The notes under the pieces were generated by a model that was not told the origin of the DNA, did not search any database, and saw nothing but the letters and a program-made list of their open reading frames with translations. The position numbers were made by a program, and so were the translations under genes. Shown here piece after piece: positions 23,701 through 38,460 of a stretch of 64,000 bases of DNA; position 1 is the first letter of the stretch; each line of letters starts with the position of its first letter. Source of the stretch: Fimbriosthenelais zetlandica (taxonomy: Eukaryota). The stretch is taken from positions 24,800,001 to 24,864,000 of the forward strand of contig OZ365114.1 in NCBI GenBank assembly GCA_977030845.1. Direction: 5' to 3'.

Positions 23701-24849
23701 CTACAGTTCACTCTGTCCAGTCTGACTGAAACCAGGGCCTCTGGACTTACCATGGCCACTATCACCACCACTACTAATAGGACCTCCAACATTCACATCC
23801 TCTCTCAACATTATTGTACTATCACCACACCTATAGTACCCCCAATCCATTAACCATTCCCATAGACAGCAAGATCCACCCTGGTCCATACTTAAACCTT
23901 TACTTGCCGGCCCAATGGCCCTGTAAAATTCATTTTTATCAATGGTGTAAGACTTTCCATCATGATGATAGTGGAGAACTGCATATCTCCTTTATTGATT
24001 CTCTGGTACAAGTTTGTAACTCATACCACAGGATAAAAAAGTCATCTAGAGTACTGGATACAGAACTTTAATTTGTGTATAAAAACGGAAATATATTGCC
24101 CATACTTGCCACACCCTCTTCATGTTTAGCAGCTTATCTGTATGCTGGATTAACTACTTAACAGTCAGTAGGTCTAAGTAGACCACGTACCTAAATCGCT
24201 TCCGCGTTTTTCTATTACTTTAAAAGGTCTTGAATTTGGGCAGGAGATTAGGAAGGAGTGAGGGACCGTGTAAACGGGGGAATGTAATACCCACGTCCAT
24301 ATATATTCCTACTAGTCTTTCCAACTATGCTTTTAGCTCCCCTGCTGCAAAAATCTCTCTAGTGCATAAATCCCAATATGGGTGTGTCAGGACTTGGGGA
24401 GATATTGGACAGGGTGCAATGAAGCAGCGGTCTATGTTCATGTATATGGACCTATGCGGAGGGTATGGAGTTGGAAAGAGGAGTGTGGCGGGTTAGGAGG
24501 TGCTGGAGGGCTGGCTGATGACTTGATACCTCAATATTTACCCTCGTGGTAAACTCCGCTAAGACGCCACAAAAACCTAACACCTCAGAGTCTGATCACT
24601 GACGAAAAAAACTCCAGCCAGCATTAAGTGATGGAATTCAGGGGCAATTTTGATTAAATTCACCAGACCTTGATTGCTGGTATTCACTCTCCCTGCAGTA
24701 TTTACCACGGGATCTGCATGCAAGCAGTCCCACTGCCGTGTGCAGCTAATATTCACAAAACTTAAAGGAAAATTTTCTTTCTTCTATATAATTTTCCGAT
24801 TTGAATTGTCTCCATAACTACTGAAGTGTGATATACTGTGGGAAATCTG

Positions 24850-24936
24850 GGGCCTGTTTCAAAGGAATGTTAGCAATGCTGAGTCAATGCTGAGCAATGC
24901 TATGGCTGATAGTAATATTCGTTTTGAAACAGGTTC
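24850..24936. mobile_element. 87-bp MITE, 14-bp imperfect TIR, CTG target-site duplication (PIF/Harbinger-like)
   Basis: CTG|GGGCCTGTTTCAAA ... TTTGAAACAGGTTC|CTG (2 TIR mismatches); TSD at 24847-24849 and 24937-24939. Confidence 0.7.
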
Positions 24937-27900
24937 CTGGAAACCTTGCTTATGATGCACAATGTATATGTGTTTCTTGCAACTATACATAGAACAAGCT
25001 AAATGAGTTTCTCCTGAAAACTAGATCTATTGTCATAGAGACAAAGGTAAGCCAACCTATTCTGCATCAATCATCAATTGCATGAAACATCCACATCAGA
25101 TGACAGACGGCCTTCAATTGGTGTTGCCAATTTCCGACAGCATCGTATAGAGACTGAAGCTTAGCATCACAAAAAGCCACATATGATGGAGGAATCAGTA
25201 GAAGTCTTATGAATGCAAGTATATGTGACTCCCTCCCACGCCCACACTGTGAACAGCACGCTATCACATCCCATCATGTTATGACACCTAACTCACTGAC
25301 AATGTCTTCTCAAATTGCCAAATGTAGGTGTCACAATTCATGTCCATCTCAGGCATTTCAGAGACTTACCGTAGACCACGCATTGCTTCTGGCGTGCGAA
25401 CACGTATTTCAGGGGAACAATTTTAGCCAATAATACTGGATTTGTATTTTGTGGTGATTTTTGACTAGATTGGTAATGGACACTTATTATATGGGAGGAC
25501 TACTATATAATTACATACAGTCATGATCTGGTCTCATGCTGACAATACCTCATGCTGCTAAACCTTTGTGGGATCATCTCCTTTTCACAGTGTGGGTAGA
25601 CATGAAGGATTGTGGATCCGTGCTCCTATTCCTATCTACGTGTTCCTCCCACCACCCTGTATATACATTAGCCTTCATTGTTGTACCCTTTTACTCCTTG
25701 CGTGAGAAAAGTTGTATGTCCATTGTTATGTAACAGAGTTGGTTCACTTGTATTGTGGCTCTACATAAGGAGTAAAGGTGCAACTCTTTTCACCAGGACA
25801 TATGAGATAATATGCCACATGCCATGGGCAGGATCTATTCATCAAGGATTTTGGTTGGGATATGTTCATGTGTAAGACACACAAACCTGTTATAATGTGG
25901 ACACTTTACATATCCCGGTATTGTGGGTTGATCTTAAGACAGAATATCAAGGGCGATATACCTCGAGAGCTATACCAGGGCAACCAAGACTGCCCTGGTA
26001 TAATTCTATGGTTGAAGAAGTGTTATATTCTGTCTTTTATGTCATGTTGTCATATTTTAAATGAATCAGTGAAAGCTAACTAACGCCATTGTACAATAGC
26101 CTGACTTTCAATCTATGCAAATGAAATTAACAATAGATCAAGAGCATAATGTGATAACCTTTATTTACATTTCACCTCTCTCAGCTATTTGGATGATATT
26201 TTCGTTTTTTGTCTTCCTCTTCGAGACACACCTGCCCTCGATCTTCTCTTTATAATTATGTCTACCTATACTGTATTCTGCTGTATCTGTGTTGTTGTCT
26301 TCTTTTTTTTCTTTTCTCAAAGAGTCATTCCTTCAAGTCAGAGTTTTGTAATACAAATGGAACATGGAAAGAAACAACCAATTAGTGCAGGGGGTGATTG
26401 AGGGCTAGGTCTGACTGATAGTTATACGATGGGAGACTTCAATTTTGTCCTGTTGAGGCGAGGGGATGTGGGATAAAAAAGAGCTGTAAATCCAGTTACA
26501 GGCCAATCAAGTTGTTAGGGCTGGCGTTTTATTTAATGTCTGGTGGATGGGGAGTGTGTTAGTAAGAGATGAGCCATGCTGTGTAATCGACTACAGCAAT
26601 GTGTGAGTCACATAGTTTAGTGGGGAAGTCCTATATGAACATGTTAAATTCTGACCTGGTTACCTTTAAGAACTACTGAATCACACTTAGTGGACTAATC
26701 TAATTCACCCACTTTCTTGTAGTTCCTGCACAAACTGTCAGATGACCACAGCAGTGGCCTTTAGCAGGGGCAATTCGAACTTTTAAGTGACTTATCTGCG
26801 CTATGTTGATTCAGTTGGTAGGGTACTACTTATTAGAGTCTTGCAGTTCTCTACAAAATTGCTTTCATGTCTTCTGTTAGTAAGAAATGTGGCCCGAAGG
26901 GTGTGTGAAAACACTACTTTTTCCATTAGAGAATAGCAACCGGTCATGTTGACATGTGTCTTTCACTCTTGTGGTGACATGGCCAAGATATGGCCCAAAA
27001 CATTCTGGTATGGTGATTTTCAACCAGCCATGCACCTTGCTTCTTTGACGGATCGATAGCAGTTGGATAGGCAGGGCGACCAGAGACGTTATTCCATGAA
27101 ATGCAAATAATGGGGTCAGGGTTCGGCCGGAAGACACATGATGTGGATTTGACATGTTTTCATGGGACAGAATCCCCAGAAGCCACCCAGAAAGGGATCA
27201 ATGCAATGTGTACACTTAGCCTCTCATTCAAGTCACGTTACAATTCATTTACTGGTGAGCAAGCCACATGCATGCCACCAAGGCGATTGGAATGACCCAC
27301 GATCCCCCTGTCCCCAGGCGAGGGAATAAGGGAGACAGAGTCTGGAGTATTAGCTTACCGTTTCTTTTCGACCCAATAGCAGTTAGTGCATCATTCCGTC
27401 TGTTTAGTTGGTTAACCCTGGTAGGCTAGCAGCATACGTGCTATAGATTTTTTATGAGATTTTGTACAAATAAGTTTTTGATACTTCTTTTTGACATACA
27501 TGTAATGGTATATAATACATCCTTAAATATAAGTAGGACAGTTTTTTTGATAACAATATTGATTTAATATGATGACAAAAAAATACACGGTTCTCTTTCC
27601 AGTTTCCTATTTCTTGAAAGATTTCAAAGAATAGCCTCGATATCTAATTGATATCAGCATAATGGGAGAGGGCCGGGTATCTATGTGCTATCTTAGCTTA
27701 TACAACAGTCCGGCAAGTCAGACACATTACTGGATAGAGGGAGAGAATGTGGTTGAATTAGCTCAGTTGGCTGAGTGCAGCAAAGTAGAAACACTTTCGC
27801 TTGTGTTCTCCATCCTGTTTCTATCCTACGGAAAATACAATACTGGCTGACAAAGCTTATAGTGTCCTTCCCCCAGCCAATATAATATGATAAAATATAT

Positions 27901-28296
27901 ATCCTATCCATTATTAATATTAACATTTTTCATAATTAGATTTATTAAATCATTCTTTAATTTAGGTTAATGTCTTTAGATAGCCTTATAATGTCTCAGT
28001 CTGTGCAGCTCACATTTTTTTTTATTTAAGTGTATCTCTATAATTATGTAACATCAGTGTAGAAGACCTTTCTCGAGTATCAGGTTCTGAGAATATAAAA
28101 TATACCCATTGGCCGGAGGAGATGGACGCAATGAAATGCTTTAGACAGCTCAGGGATTCCGCTGCTAGCCTTTTGATCGTTGGGAAACCCTTGAATGAGT
28201 TGGTGCTGTAACCTATTGACCTAACTCGCCTTCCTGCATGCTACTCTGAATATTGACAGATCTGCCACCAAAGCCAGTGCTCAATAGATTTTAATC

Positions 28297-28328
28297 AATA
28301 TGATTGAACATGAATATGATTGAACATG
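28297..28328. repeat. Perfect 16-bp tandem duplication
   Basis: AATATGATTGAACATG x2. Confidence 0.9.
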
Positions 28329-31300
28329 TGTATGAAGGAAAAGACCCCAAAGAAGGAAGTGGAGACGAGAATTAATAAAACAGAGAAACATGATTTAACT
28401 GAAGACAGATAGTGAGACAAAGCTCGAGAGGCTCATAAACGCCACAAAGTCATGCTAACCGACTGACAGACAGACAAGGAATGAGACAGAGAGATTAGAT
28501 AAGCTGATAAAAAAGGAACTCTGAATCAAAGAATTTCCATTATATGCAGTGCCCCCAAATAATGTCCCCGAAATAATATCAAATGCTCGAGATCGATCCA
28601 CAGCTTCCCCAGGGGACAGAAACTGTTTTGAACATTTGGTCCTGGAACAACCTACCCCCTTAGGGCCTTTCTGTTCCATTCGCCAAATGTAGCATCACCC
28701 AGAATAGATGGGGTGATGGTTGCATTTATAAAGACGAGCACCAATTCAAGGAAATGGCCCCTTCTCTTGGGAAACGCCGGATCTCGCCATACAAATCCAT
28801 TCCTCCCTTTACTATATTTATGGTCAAGGGTGGCACTCCTGGCGCTCGAATGTCTCTCGATTATCAATATCTCCATTCCTTTTGATTGTGTGTGTGATTG
28901 ATTCCTCACTGATTTTGTATAGCCATGTCATATTGTGCTGTCCTAGAACATCGATGATGTACATCGATAGTAAGTCACTGGCTGTGTGCTATACCATTAT
29001 CCTCATATGTGGCCCTACATCTGTTCCCATCTACTACTACCACCAAAGTTTTCCGATAGTGCAGAGCCCTGAGCCTTGAAATGTTGGTATTATAGATAAA
29101 ATATACACAGATCTGTCTCGTCTGGAAGTGCCCGTGGCCCAACTTCAGTTTTTGTATATGAAGCAAATGTCCACATATCTGTCCATGGAACGTGGTCACG
29201 AATGACTGTATTTTACCTATCAATATACCTCTACCCAATGAACTAACACTTCAACTTCAGATAACTATCCACAAACCTTCTTTGTACATAATCTTGATTA
29301 GAATGCCACGTCACATAAAGTCTGGCTGGACTTTCTCTGGTAGCCTGCAAGATGAAGAGGATCCTTGTCATAATCAAGCCAATAATATGAGTTGCATTTT
29401 CTCCTGATTACTCTTTGTTTATTCAATCCTCCGATAGATTGTCAGGCTTTTCCTACTGGATCAACATCCCATGTGCAAACACAAAGCCAGCTGATGGTAC
29501 AGCTCCATCGAAACATAAATAGGCAATAATCATTATCTCTATAGTGGTTGATAGTGGAAGGAAAGACCACGGAAACCGTGATCAATCAGACGGCTAGCTC
29601 TAATAAGTTTGTTACAACATGACAAATACACTTTTTTATTGACTCCTTAAAACACATTTCAATCGTTTTCATATAGGTGATTTTCAGCTTTAGAGAAGGA
29701 TACCATGAAAAAGATAGTATGGAAGTTTCTGCATGGAGTTGAAATTCTGACTTATCGCTTTCCTTTAATTGGATTTGTGTCTACCGTCCCTGTCCTAGAT
29801 AGAAGGGAGATTATTCCCAAACCAAAGTGGCTGCCACATACCACTTGTGTGGAGGCAAATCCATTTTGGCAGAGGGCAAGAGAAGTCCCCCTACCTAGCT
29901 TCAGAAAGAGTTTTTTTGCTGTAAATTGTTTGTTCTCGGCTGTTACAAAGGGAATTGCATCTAATGCCAGCTTGTGTAGATATGTAAGTTTAGATATCAA
30001 ACATCAATGTACAAAAATCCGCTAATGCAGGCGTGTAGACATTGCAACCCAATTAACCTGCCACTAGCCCTTCTGTTTCTATTCTACCTATTTTCATTAG
30101 TTCTCCTTTTTCCCCTCTCTAAGCATTGTCCTTGCTTACGTCCTTCTTGGAAATAGATCTAGATCAAAGCCTTGGGCAGTCCAATCTAGTAAGGCTTCAG
30201 ACTGGTATACCAGGGTGTTCAACTTAATTGGTATATTTGGGAAATGAAGACCTGCTGACATTGATTGTCTTGCTAACTGTATTTCTCGCCAATTAATCCT
30301 TGCTGAAAGAGAGCTGTTTGACCTCACGACCGATCTCTCGCCATACACGGCAGTTTGTATTACTATTGAATTACAATGAATCTCATAGCCATTTCTTTCC
30401 ACCAAGAAGGAAGCAACAAACCCCGAGGCGACTCGTTTTGGCTCCGAATGAAAGCCTTAGTAATGTGACATAAAAATGTCGCGAGCCTGAGGACGAAATG
30501 GCATAAAAATGAGAAATTTGGCAAGATGCACTTCGCTAGGACTGCCGGCATGTAAATCTTGTAGCTTCAGTGGGTGGCAAAGAAGCCAGTTAAGGGGGTA
30601 CATTGTTGGGATCTAGCCTTGGGATGCTGTTGTAACAAAGAATCCTTCAAAGTGGGAACTTTTCAATGAGATATAATCTATAGAGAACAAGGGAGATGGA
30701 TCTGACTTCTGTTTTTGGCATCCATTTTGGACCTTATACCAACCTTTCCCATTGGAATCTATGTTCTAGGACCATCAATATTTTGTATAAGAACTGATGT
30801 AAATTTATAGTTGAATTTTTTTCTCAGATATCCCGGTGATCTATTTAGCTGTTGCCACGCACTGATACACCTACCCACTGGGGCACACTGCATTCTGTTC
30901 GTCGTGTGTGTTGCGGCTAGACCTTGTGGCGAACATTTCAACGGCGATGGGACAATTGCGGTTGCTTGTTTTTGCTTCCACTGCATCCCATCAACCACAT
31001 GTGCTGCAAGGTCATCATTTTCTTGAGGAATGTCTTGCCAGTGTTGTGGGTGAAATCGCAATGAAACTGCAGTACCCGAAAAGAACGAAGCTCGCTGGAG
31101 CTACCCCATTCACAATGATACTCGCATCTGGTTAAACATTTTACCCTGAAATCCCGGAAAAGCTCTGAGTGCCTTGGACATAAATGTGTATTGCTGTCAG
31201 TCTTGCCTTCATCTGATGAGATAGACGAGTGGTGCAGCACTGATAAGCAAGCATGTCATGAATTATGTTCCCTTCTCATGGAATCAGCCATCCCGATCGG

Positions 31301-34300
31301 ACTGTCTGGTCACCTGAATGGGGGAAGAGATGGGAGAAGTTGAAGAGGCACCTCGTGAGAGGAACCACATGAGATTGGCAAGCTGGGGGAGGAGAGTGAA
31401 CAGCTATGCCTAGAGTCTCTCATACACTTCTCTGTTTGCTTGTCAGATAAATAGGACGGGATGCGCAGAGGGAAAAGAGGGAAGCAGTGACGTCCCCTGA
31501 TGCCTTATATCAGCCGCGGCTGAACAGGTGATTAGTAAGCTGATTCAAAATACATACCAAGATATCGCCTCAAAAATCTTGTTCATGTCCGACCAGTTGA
31601 GAGAGGATGGTTACTGTGAAGTATAAGCGCCAGTCTCTCTCCCCATCTTCCTTCGTCTTTCACCTCCAACTCTCAAGCATCACGGCATGTAAAAAGTGAG
31701 GATAATCCAGATGATGTCCCTTTATCAGTGGCGGAATATTGCGATGGCTTCCACTCCTCATATTGGGAAAAAGAAGGAAGTGGGATAGAGAAGCTTTCTC
31801 TCGGGTGATGAATAGGAAAGCCATCTATTTATGAGGCATCCGCTGCTCTAACCACTTGCCTGAGTATTTTACTGCTGACACAATATTAGAGAATCTATTA
31901 CCGGAGCCTTGTGGCCTCCACCCCTTGTTATAGGGATCCAACAGTATTTATGACTATTGTCTGAAAGAGGTTTATATCATATATGGCTGGCCCAGCATAA
32001 CGTCTTCCTCGTGGTCCGCTCACTGATTCACTACACCATTTATAATTATGGAGTTATGGTCCTAAGGCCAACAAGCTTCACGTTTTAAAACATAACAATT
32101 GGAAGAAATAATAGAACGAGCTTAAAACCAGGCACAGTATTGTTACAATGCCTGGAGGGCAGCAAGGTGGGGCAGAAGTCAATAGTAATGATGGGATCTT
32201 AACCAATCACTCCCTTCTTATGTCGACATTCCCTGAATACCTAATGGATCTGCCATCCATTTATCAGCACCTGAACATCCGGTTCAGACTTCTTATAACA
32301 TTTCATTGCATCCTCATTTCATTTTCTGGCAATTTATTCATTCCTATCATCCTATTGCCTGTATCACCTATCACTTCATGAGCCATCATTCTATAAATTC
32401 CTTTGGTGCCAGCTTAAAACCGTGTCTCCACGGACCTCTCAGCACAAAGTGTGATTTATCTCAAAGACCGTACAAGGCCCAGCTGTAGCTTCTGTACCGT
32501 TCCCATCGATAGGTCCAAATCGTGGAGTAAGCTCCCAGTGAGCTATATATTTTCAAAGGTGTCATGTATATCAAGTGATACATATTATCTCTTCACTTAT
32601 CCCTTCATTTTCATGTAAAATTGAACAAATCAGATCTTAAAGATCGAACCTCCCCAATTGCCCATGATCTTGTTTCTACATATTAACCGTCTTATGTATA
32701 TCTCTAATCTGGCTTGATGACAGACCTCTTCTGGCGGAGATTGAGCCGCAGTGTGAAAATTCAGAATCGAGCGAATTAATTTTCCAGCGAATCATCAGAG
32801 ATCCTCTTGCTGCACCTAGATGCCCATACAGTTTCCATTGACGCTTGCCAAGTCTTCGTCGGTGGCAGAGGTTGTCTAGCTGCTAACTATAATGATCTTA
32901 TATTATTCCTTGTCTTGTTCACTTGGTAGGAGGGCTACAGTCATGCATTGACTTCCTTTCACTCAATTGGTATGGAGGTTCAAACATGACCAATTTTCTT
33001 TCTAAAAAGTGGCTTTTTGTCTGCGCTCTCAGTGAACTGGGTGATTTAGGCAGGTTATTTCTTTGGAAAGCTCAGAAAGTTGGAAAGTACGTAGGAGGGG
33101 CATTTTGGTTGTCGTGTATGGTAGGTATCTTTGATTTGTGCCAGTCAGCTTGACTGTCACCCAGGGAGACTGTCAACGTGAAATGCCTCACGACATGAGA
33201 AATAACTTAGCTACTTTCTCCTCTCCCCCTCAATCTAACCGACAGGGCATCATAATATAGCTGCTTGACAGCATAGGCACTTGGTTGGCTTGCATATAAT
33301 AGTGACGCAAAGTATTACAACCTAGATGGGAGACATGTCTACACGAAAGAGTACTTCAGATAACAAACATGCACGATCAAGAGAAAAGATATATAATTAT
33401 TTTACTACACAAACTGACTGATTATCCAACACTCGAAACTCGAAAATCAGAGAAAATCAAATCAAATAGACAGTTACACAATTGTGTACGTAGCCCCTAA
33501 AAAGATTCACGGGTCCATTATAATGGAAAATCCAAACTAATCCACTGGCTCCACTTGTTCAGAGAGTGGAAGAAATAAATTATTTCAGTTCCTTTTGCAG
33601 AGGTGACTCGTTAGGCCACTTAGTCTTATGAGATCTAGTGAAAAGTCTAATGGCCTTCTCAACACCATAATCGATCAAAGTAATTAAGAATTCTTGAGGA
33701 TGGATTTTTTTCCCTCTATTTTTTCTCTCCTGTAAAACTTGAACAACGAGCCTTTTCTTCTTTCGCTCGGAGTGAGCTTTTAGTGGCAAGAAATAATCAA
33801 AGGCAAAGTAATGGCCTTAATTTCCCGATTGCTTACTCCAGTGACAATTTAATCATTTTCCACTCTTATTTTAGGGTAAGGCAAGCTGATGTGCTCGAGG
33901 AAAATGACAGCAAATGTCCTTGCTTTAAAACGAGCTCAGTAAGTAGCCCGGGAGAAATTGCAGGGGGTGTAATTTTTGTTCGATGACTTGTTTTTTCATG
34001 AATCCCTTTTGTCCTTTTGTGCCTTATCTCTTAAACAAATGAGTCTGACATGGTTCCACTCTCTAGGCTATAGTTGTACCGGAAATATACAGAGAAAATT
34101 ATGTTCCTGTATATCCATTCATCCTGATTAGAAAATAGGGAAAATAGATCCAAATGTGACCAAGTGTGAGTATGGCACTGTGCTGCCTAATTATATCTTA
34201 TCGCTGAGATGTATTAAGCCACCAACTAGTCATAATGACTTGGCCCAATTGTCTCACTTGTGAATGACATTAATTATCACATCGCTGTGCATTCTTACCT

Positions 34301-34910
34301 CGCGCATCCTTCAAGATTTCTTCCAATCAAGTGCCCTGGCCAAGTTAAGGCTGACTGAACAAACCAAAAGACAATTTGGCCAACATTTTTTGGTTGTTCT
34401 CAGTCCTTTCATCAGAAGAATATTGTCCGATCCTTTGTTTCTCTGTGTCTCCCCATCAGAATCATTACGAAGGATGGCATGCAGGAGACATATAATACAT
34501 TTAGTTCTACCTGTACAAGAGAACCAAAGATTTGGGATGAATCAATATATTTTCATAATATCCCACCTACATTGCACAAATAAATGCACAGCCTGCATCT
34601 GGGTACCGCACTAATTGGACATCTTATCAGAGAATACCAATTTACACTTCTCTGCACGCAGTTGGCCTCACATAAAATGCTGAATGGCCTGCCTGTCGGT
34701 CAGCCTTGACCAAGCAGCAACGTCAGAAAAATGCCAACTATGAGCTAGTGAACTCGTGCAAAGTGTGAAGTTCTTCTTCTGCTGCAGCAACTGGAATTTT
34801 GCACTAGTTATTCACATACTGGATCTGTGTGCCCAGATGCTGGCTCCTTCCCCACATTATAACACAAATCTGGAAGGTTACGTGATAGGTATCTTGGCTT
34901 GAGTGTCTTC

Positions 34911-34944
34911 CACTTGAACCTCTGGCCATCTGAGCTAATCCCCC
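34911..34944 (-). pseudogene. tRNA-Ala-like 5' fragment (possible SINE head relic); not an intact tRNA
   Basis: Minus strand GGGGGATTAGCTCAGATGG-CCAGA-GGTTCAAGTG: start resembles tRNA-Ala GGGGGATTAGCTCAAATGG (recalled) with an A-box; the B-box-like GGTTCAAG follows after only 5 nt; no anticodon arm. Confidence 0.25.
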
Positions 34945-37879
34945 TTCCTAATGATGATTTAATACGAACAGCACTCATTTAAGTTTAATTGCAATTCGCG
35001 CTGAGAAGCCTTCTTCTGCCATACGAAACTGAATGGCGCAGCTCCTACAATAAGTTGATACTTGGGTTCCCACAAAACTGTGAATCAATTTATATCGGGG
35101 GTTCTCTATTCCATACGGTCATTATGCTTCATTGAGCCAACCACTCCGGACCTGGCTCTTGCCAGCTAGGCAGCAGGCATTTTCCCTCGCCACCCCACAG
35201 CATTTATCATAGACGTACCCATGTCTCGCCTTGTAGACTTGCTCGAGGTATCATGACAGCACATTAAAGCGAAATTCCATAGAATAACAGATGGAAATTG
35301 TTGACTTTTGGCTCTGAATCTTCTGTTTCTAAACCTGATTCCCACACAGAAAGATGCATGTCATATCACTTAGAGCAATAGATTCATGCACAGAAATTAA
35401 TCAATATGTACACACTTCATCCAGACTATGAGACTGAGTGAGGAGGGAGTGATTGCCATGGATCTATCCTGATGCATAACAGGCATGCAGGCCTTCCACT
35501 ATCTTCACGGAGATCGCACCGTGCTGAGATACCGTCTCACCGTGAGATTACTCTTCTCCAAGTCTGGTCCATTCACTTCATCCATGCCAGCCTCTTACCA
35601 GTGGTATAATATATTATTCTTATTGGGAACTTATGCAACAAGAGCCAGCAGATAGCTGGTGCAATCCGTCATGGCTAGTCTACCTATGTTCATTTCAAGC
35701 AATCCATGAAGGAACCCATGAACCCTCCTTGAGGAAAATACCATGCCCCACTTCCCGACGCAGCATTTCCTCGCCGGCCACTTTCCTCGTGAAAGGGTTT
35801 CTAGGTTGTAGGGCTCTTTAAGAATGGATTAGTCAGATAACAAATAGCAGTGCTTTGGTTATGGATTGGTATGCTCTTTCCTTAATAGTTGAATAAATAG
35901 GTCGGTCAAGGATGATTGGAAAGAGTATCTGTACATGATCCTAAAAGGACCATAAAACACAAAGCGTGGGCAGGTCTTAGTAAGAGGGCGTGGTTTTTAA
36001 AGGGAAACACATCTGTGTACATGTATTCAGAATTCTATTCTTGTGTTTTCTTGTTTTAGCATTTAATAAAAAATTCGCTGACTGTCAAGAATTTTGGAAA
36101 TTGAAATGATGATGGCGGACAGGAATGTGTCTAATTGCTCTCAGATTTCAATTTGCTCCCTTGTGAAAAAATAATCGTTTGTTTTTGACACTGAAGATTA
36201 AATAACTTTTAAGTTGCTTCGAAGCTTCGAAGGACAAGCACAAATTAATCTCCCATCCAACTTCTTTCCATGTATTCTAAAAGTAATTACCATCTCCCAG
36301 TTCAATGATCAATGTTAGTGTTTGTACAGCTTCTTACCAGAACAATAAGTGAAGTGAATATTGAAACCATATCACGCCTAGAGGTGTGTCTTCAGTCTGA
36401 TCAGGAGGTGAATTATCAGAGTCTTGACGTGAAGAAGACTTAAGTCCTAAGTTCTGGTAGACTTGTTGCCAATCATCATAGCCTTCCTCCCCTGTTTATC
36501 ATGGATCCCCATAGACTAGCCATCAATCACGTCTACCAATGTGTCTATACAGAAGGATGAGTGGATGATGATGACTTATACCAGGAGTATAGAAGGTGGT
36601 TGATATTTATCGCCGGATTAAGCTTTGATTTATGATCTATTAATATCGGATCATTGCAGTGGAAGAAAGCCAACATTGATTACAGAGTTTTAAATGCCAT
36701 GGCGTTATTGCAGCCTTGAAATGTCTGTAGTTCAATGTACCAGGGAGCAAGATCTCATCAGCTTTCTGCCCAACTCAGCTATTCCCATGCATGGTAAATA
36801 ATATGAGTCTGACAATTGATATAACTTGATCATCCACCGCAAACTGTGAAATTCGCGCACAATAAATCACATCCCTGATAATGTTCCTTGGCCAATAATG
36901 ACCCGAGGACAGCGAAATTGCCTTCGTTTACCCAAACCCGGGCCCTATAGGCACATTGTCCTTTACTGAATGTCCGACTCATGACACGCATCATACATGG
37001 ACCCAGGCAGGTATCACCTCACCACCTCCTCCCGCTTTGCTGGATGCTCTTTTCTGTATGTTAGCCTTGATGCATGGACTTCCTGGGTTGCTTCTTCTAT
37101 AAATACTCATATTTACCTAAGCGCCTACTCAGGGTGTTCCATATAATGGGTTAATAGATCATTTAGTGAATCGGGAATGTTCCAAAGCGAGTGAATGTGG
37201 CAGAAAGTGCTCTGCATGTGGCAGAGAATTGTGTTAACGACGATTTGTCATATTTGCTAAGCATTTAAGCGTAAATGTAGATCCCCAAAATCATATATGT
37301 CTGAACATCATACAATTATAATATGCTTGAAGGTTAAAATATTATAACTGCCATTTTCTTTCCTCAGCAAAGAAAATGGTTGTCATGCATGGCATCCTTC
37401 GTTGGCTGGAAAAAGTCTCCGCTACCCAGTGATCTGCTTTTTCTGATCCTATTTGACCATACTTTATTGACGTATCTCCTTATGAAGTTTAGCAGTCTCC
37501 TTATGTAATAGTTTCCTGTCAGCATTATTGACATTGTAGTGCTTTTTCCTCTGTGTACTAATGATATATCCTAATGAGAAATGCCATGTCTGGCACTAGC
37601 ATATCACACCTTGCTTGTGTCAGGTGACATTTAGCTGTGTATCCGGTGTAAAATCTAAAAATACCTACACTTTGTTGTTTTCATTAAGAACGCATAGTGT
37701 AGACAGTTGAAAGAAAAACTAATTAACAAAGTCTTCTATGAAAGAACGTGACGTCCCTCAAAGTTATGAAAGTCCGTCAAAATTATGAGCCATTTTGATG
37801 CATCCTATAAAAAGTAGACATAGGTAACACAATCTGATGGACAACACAATATCCAGTCTGAGGGAAGTAATCACTAATT

Positions 37880-38460
37880 CATCCAGCCTATTTATTATCT
37901 GAGACATTTTCTATCATCCTTTGCCCCTTTCAGTCATCACCATCCAACCATACTTACTCTGGATCTTTTCTCTGGACATCCACCAAAATATCTAATCACT
38001 GCTCAGCCGACCATTGATGAATACACGTTTGTTCTGATCTGACCACCTGCTGGTCTCAGTCTATACCTGTCTTGGCATCCCTACACCCAATGAACCGCCA
38101 AAGGAACTAGTCAGCAACTGAGTCAACCATCTTACTATCCAACCTTACCACCTACCTATGTACTCATTTACACAACCATCCATCCCACCACCCACCAAAC
38201 CAACTACTCATCCAACCACTCGCCCACCCAAGTATTAAATCTTCTACATAGTTCACCGAGCTACCCACCAAAACATCCATCTTCCCAATCATCCACCGCA
38301 GTACTCCCCAGTCATCCTACCTTGTTACTTACCTACAGCATGGGTCATCTTTCAGGAATCATCAAATCATCCAATAACCAAAATAATAACTATCCAACAG
38401 TCCCACAATTCAACCCAACCATCTAACTACTCACATGTCCATCAATGAGCCTCTGAACTA
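37880..38460. repeat. Degenerate (CCAN)n-type low-complexity tract, G-poor on + strand
   Basis: Recurrent CCAT/CCAA/CCAC units, e.g. caaccatccatcccaccacccaccaaaccaactactcatccaacc. Confidence 0.7.

Noticed and set aside
27759-27770. Perfect Pol III A-box TAGCTCAGTTGG
   Set aside because: No convincing B-box or cloverleaf downstream; at most a SINE remnant.
33850-33881. Strong acceptor TTATTTTAG followed by G and GTAAGG (apparent 1-nt exon)
   Set aside because: AG and GT are offset by one base, so it is not a zero-length ratchet point; a 1-nt exon is implausible without RNA evidence.
36217-36232. 16-bp perfect palindrome CTTCGAAGCTTCGAAG, HSE-like
   Set aside because: It is a tandem (CTTCGAAG)2, and the spacing does not give three properly phased nGAAn units.
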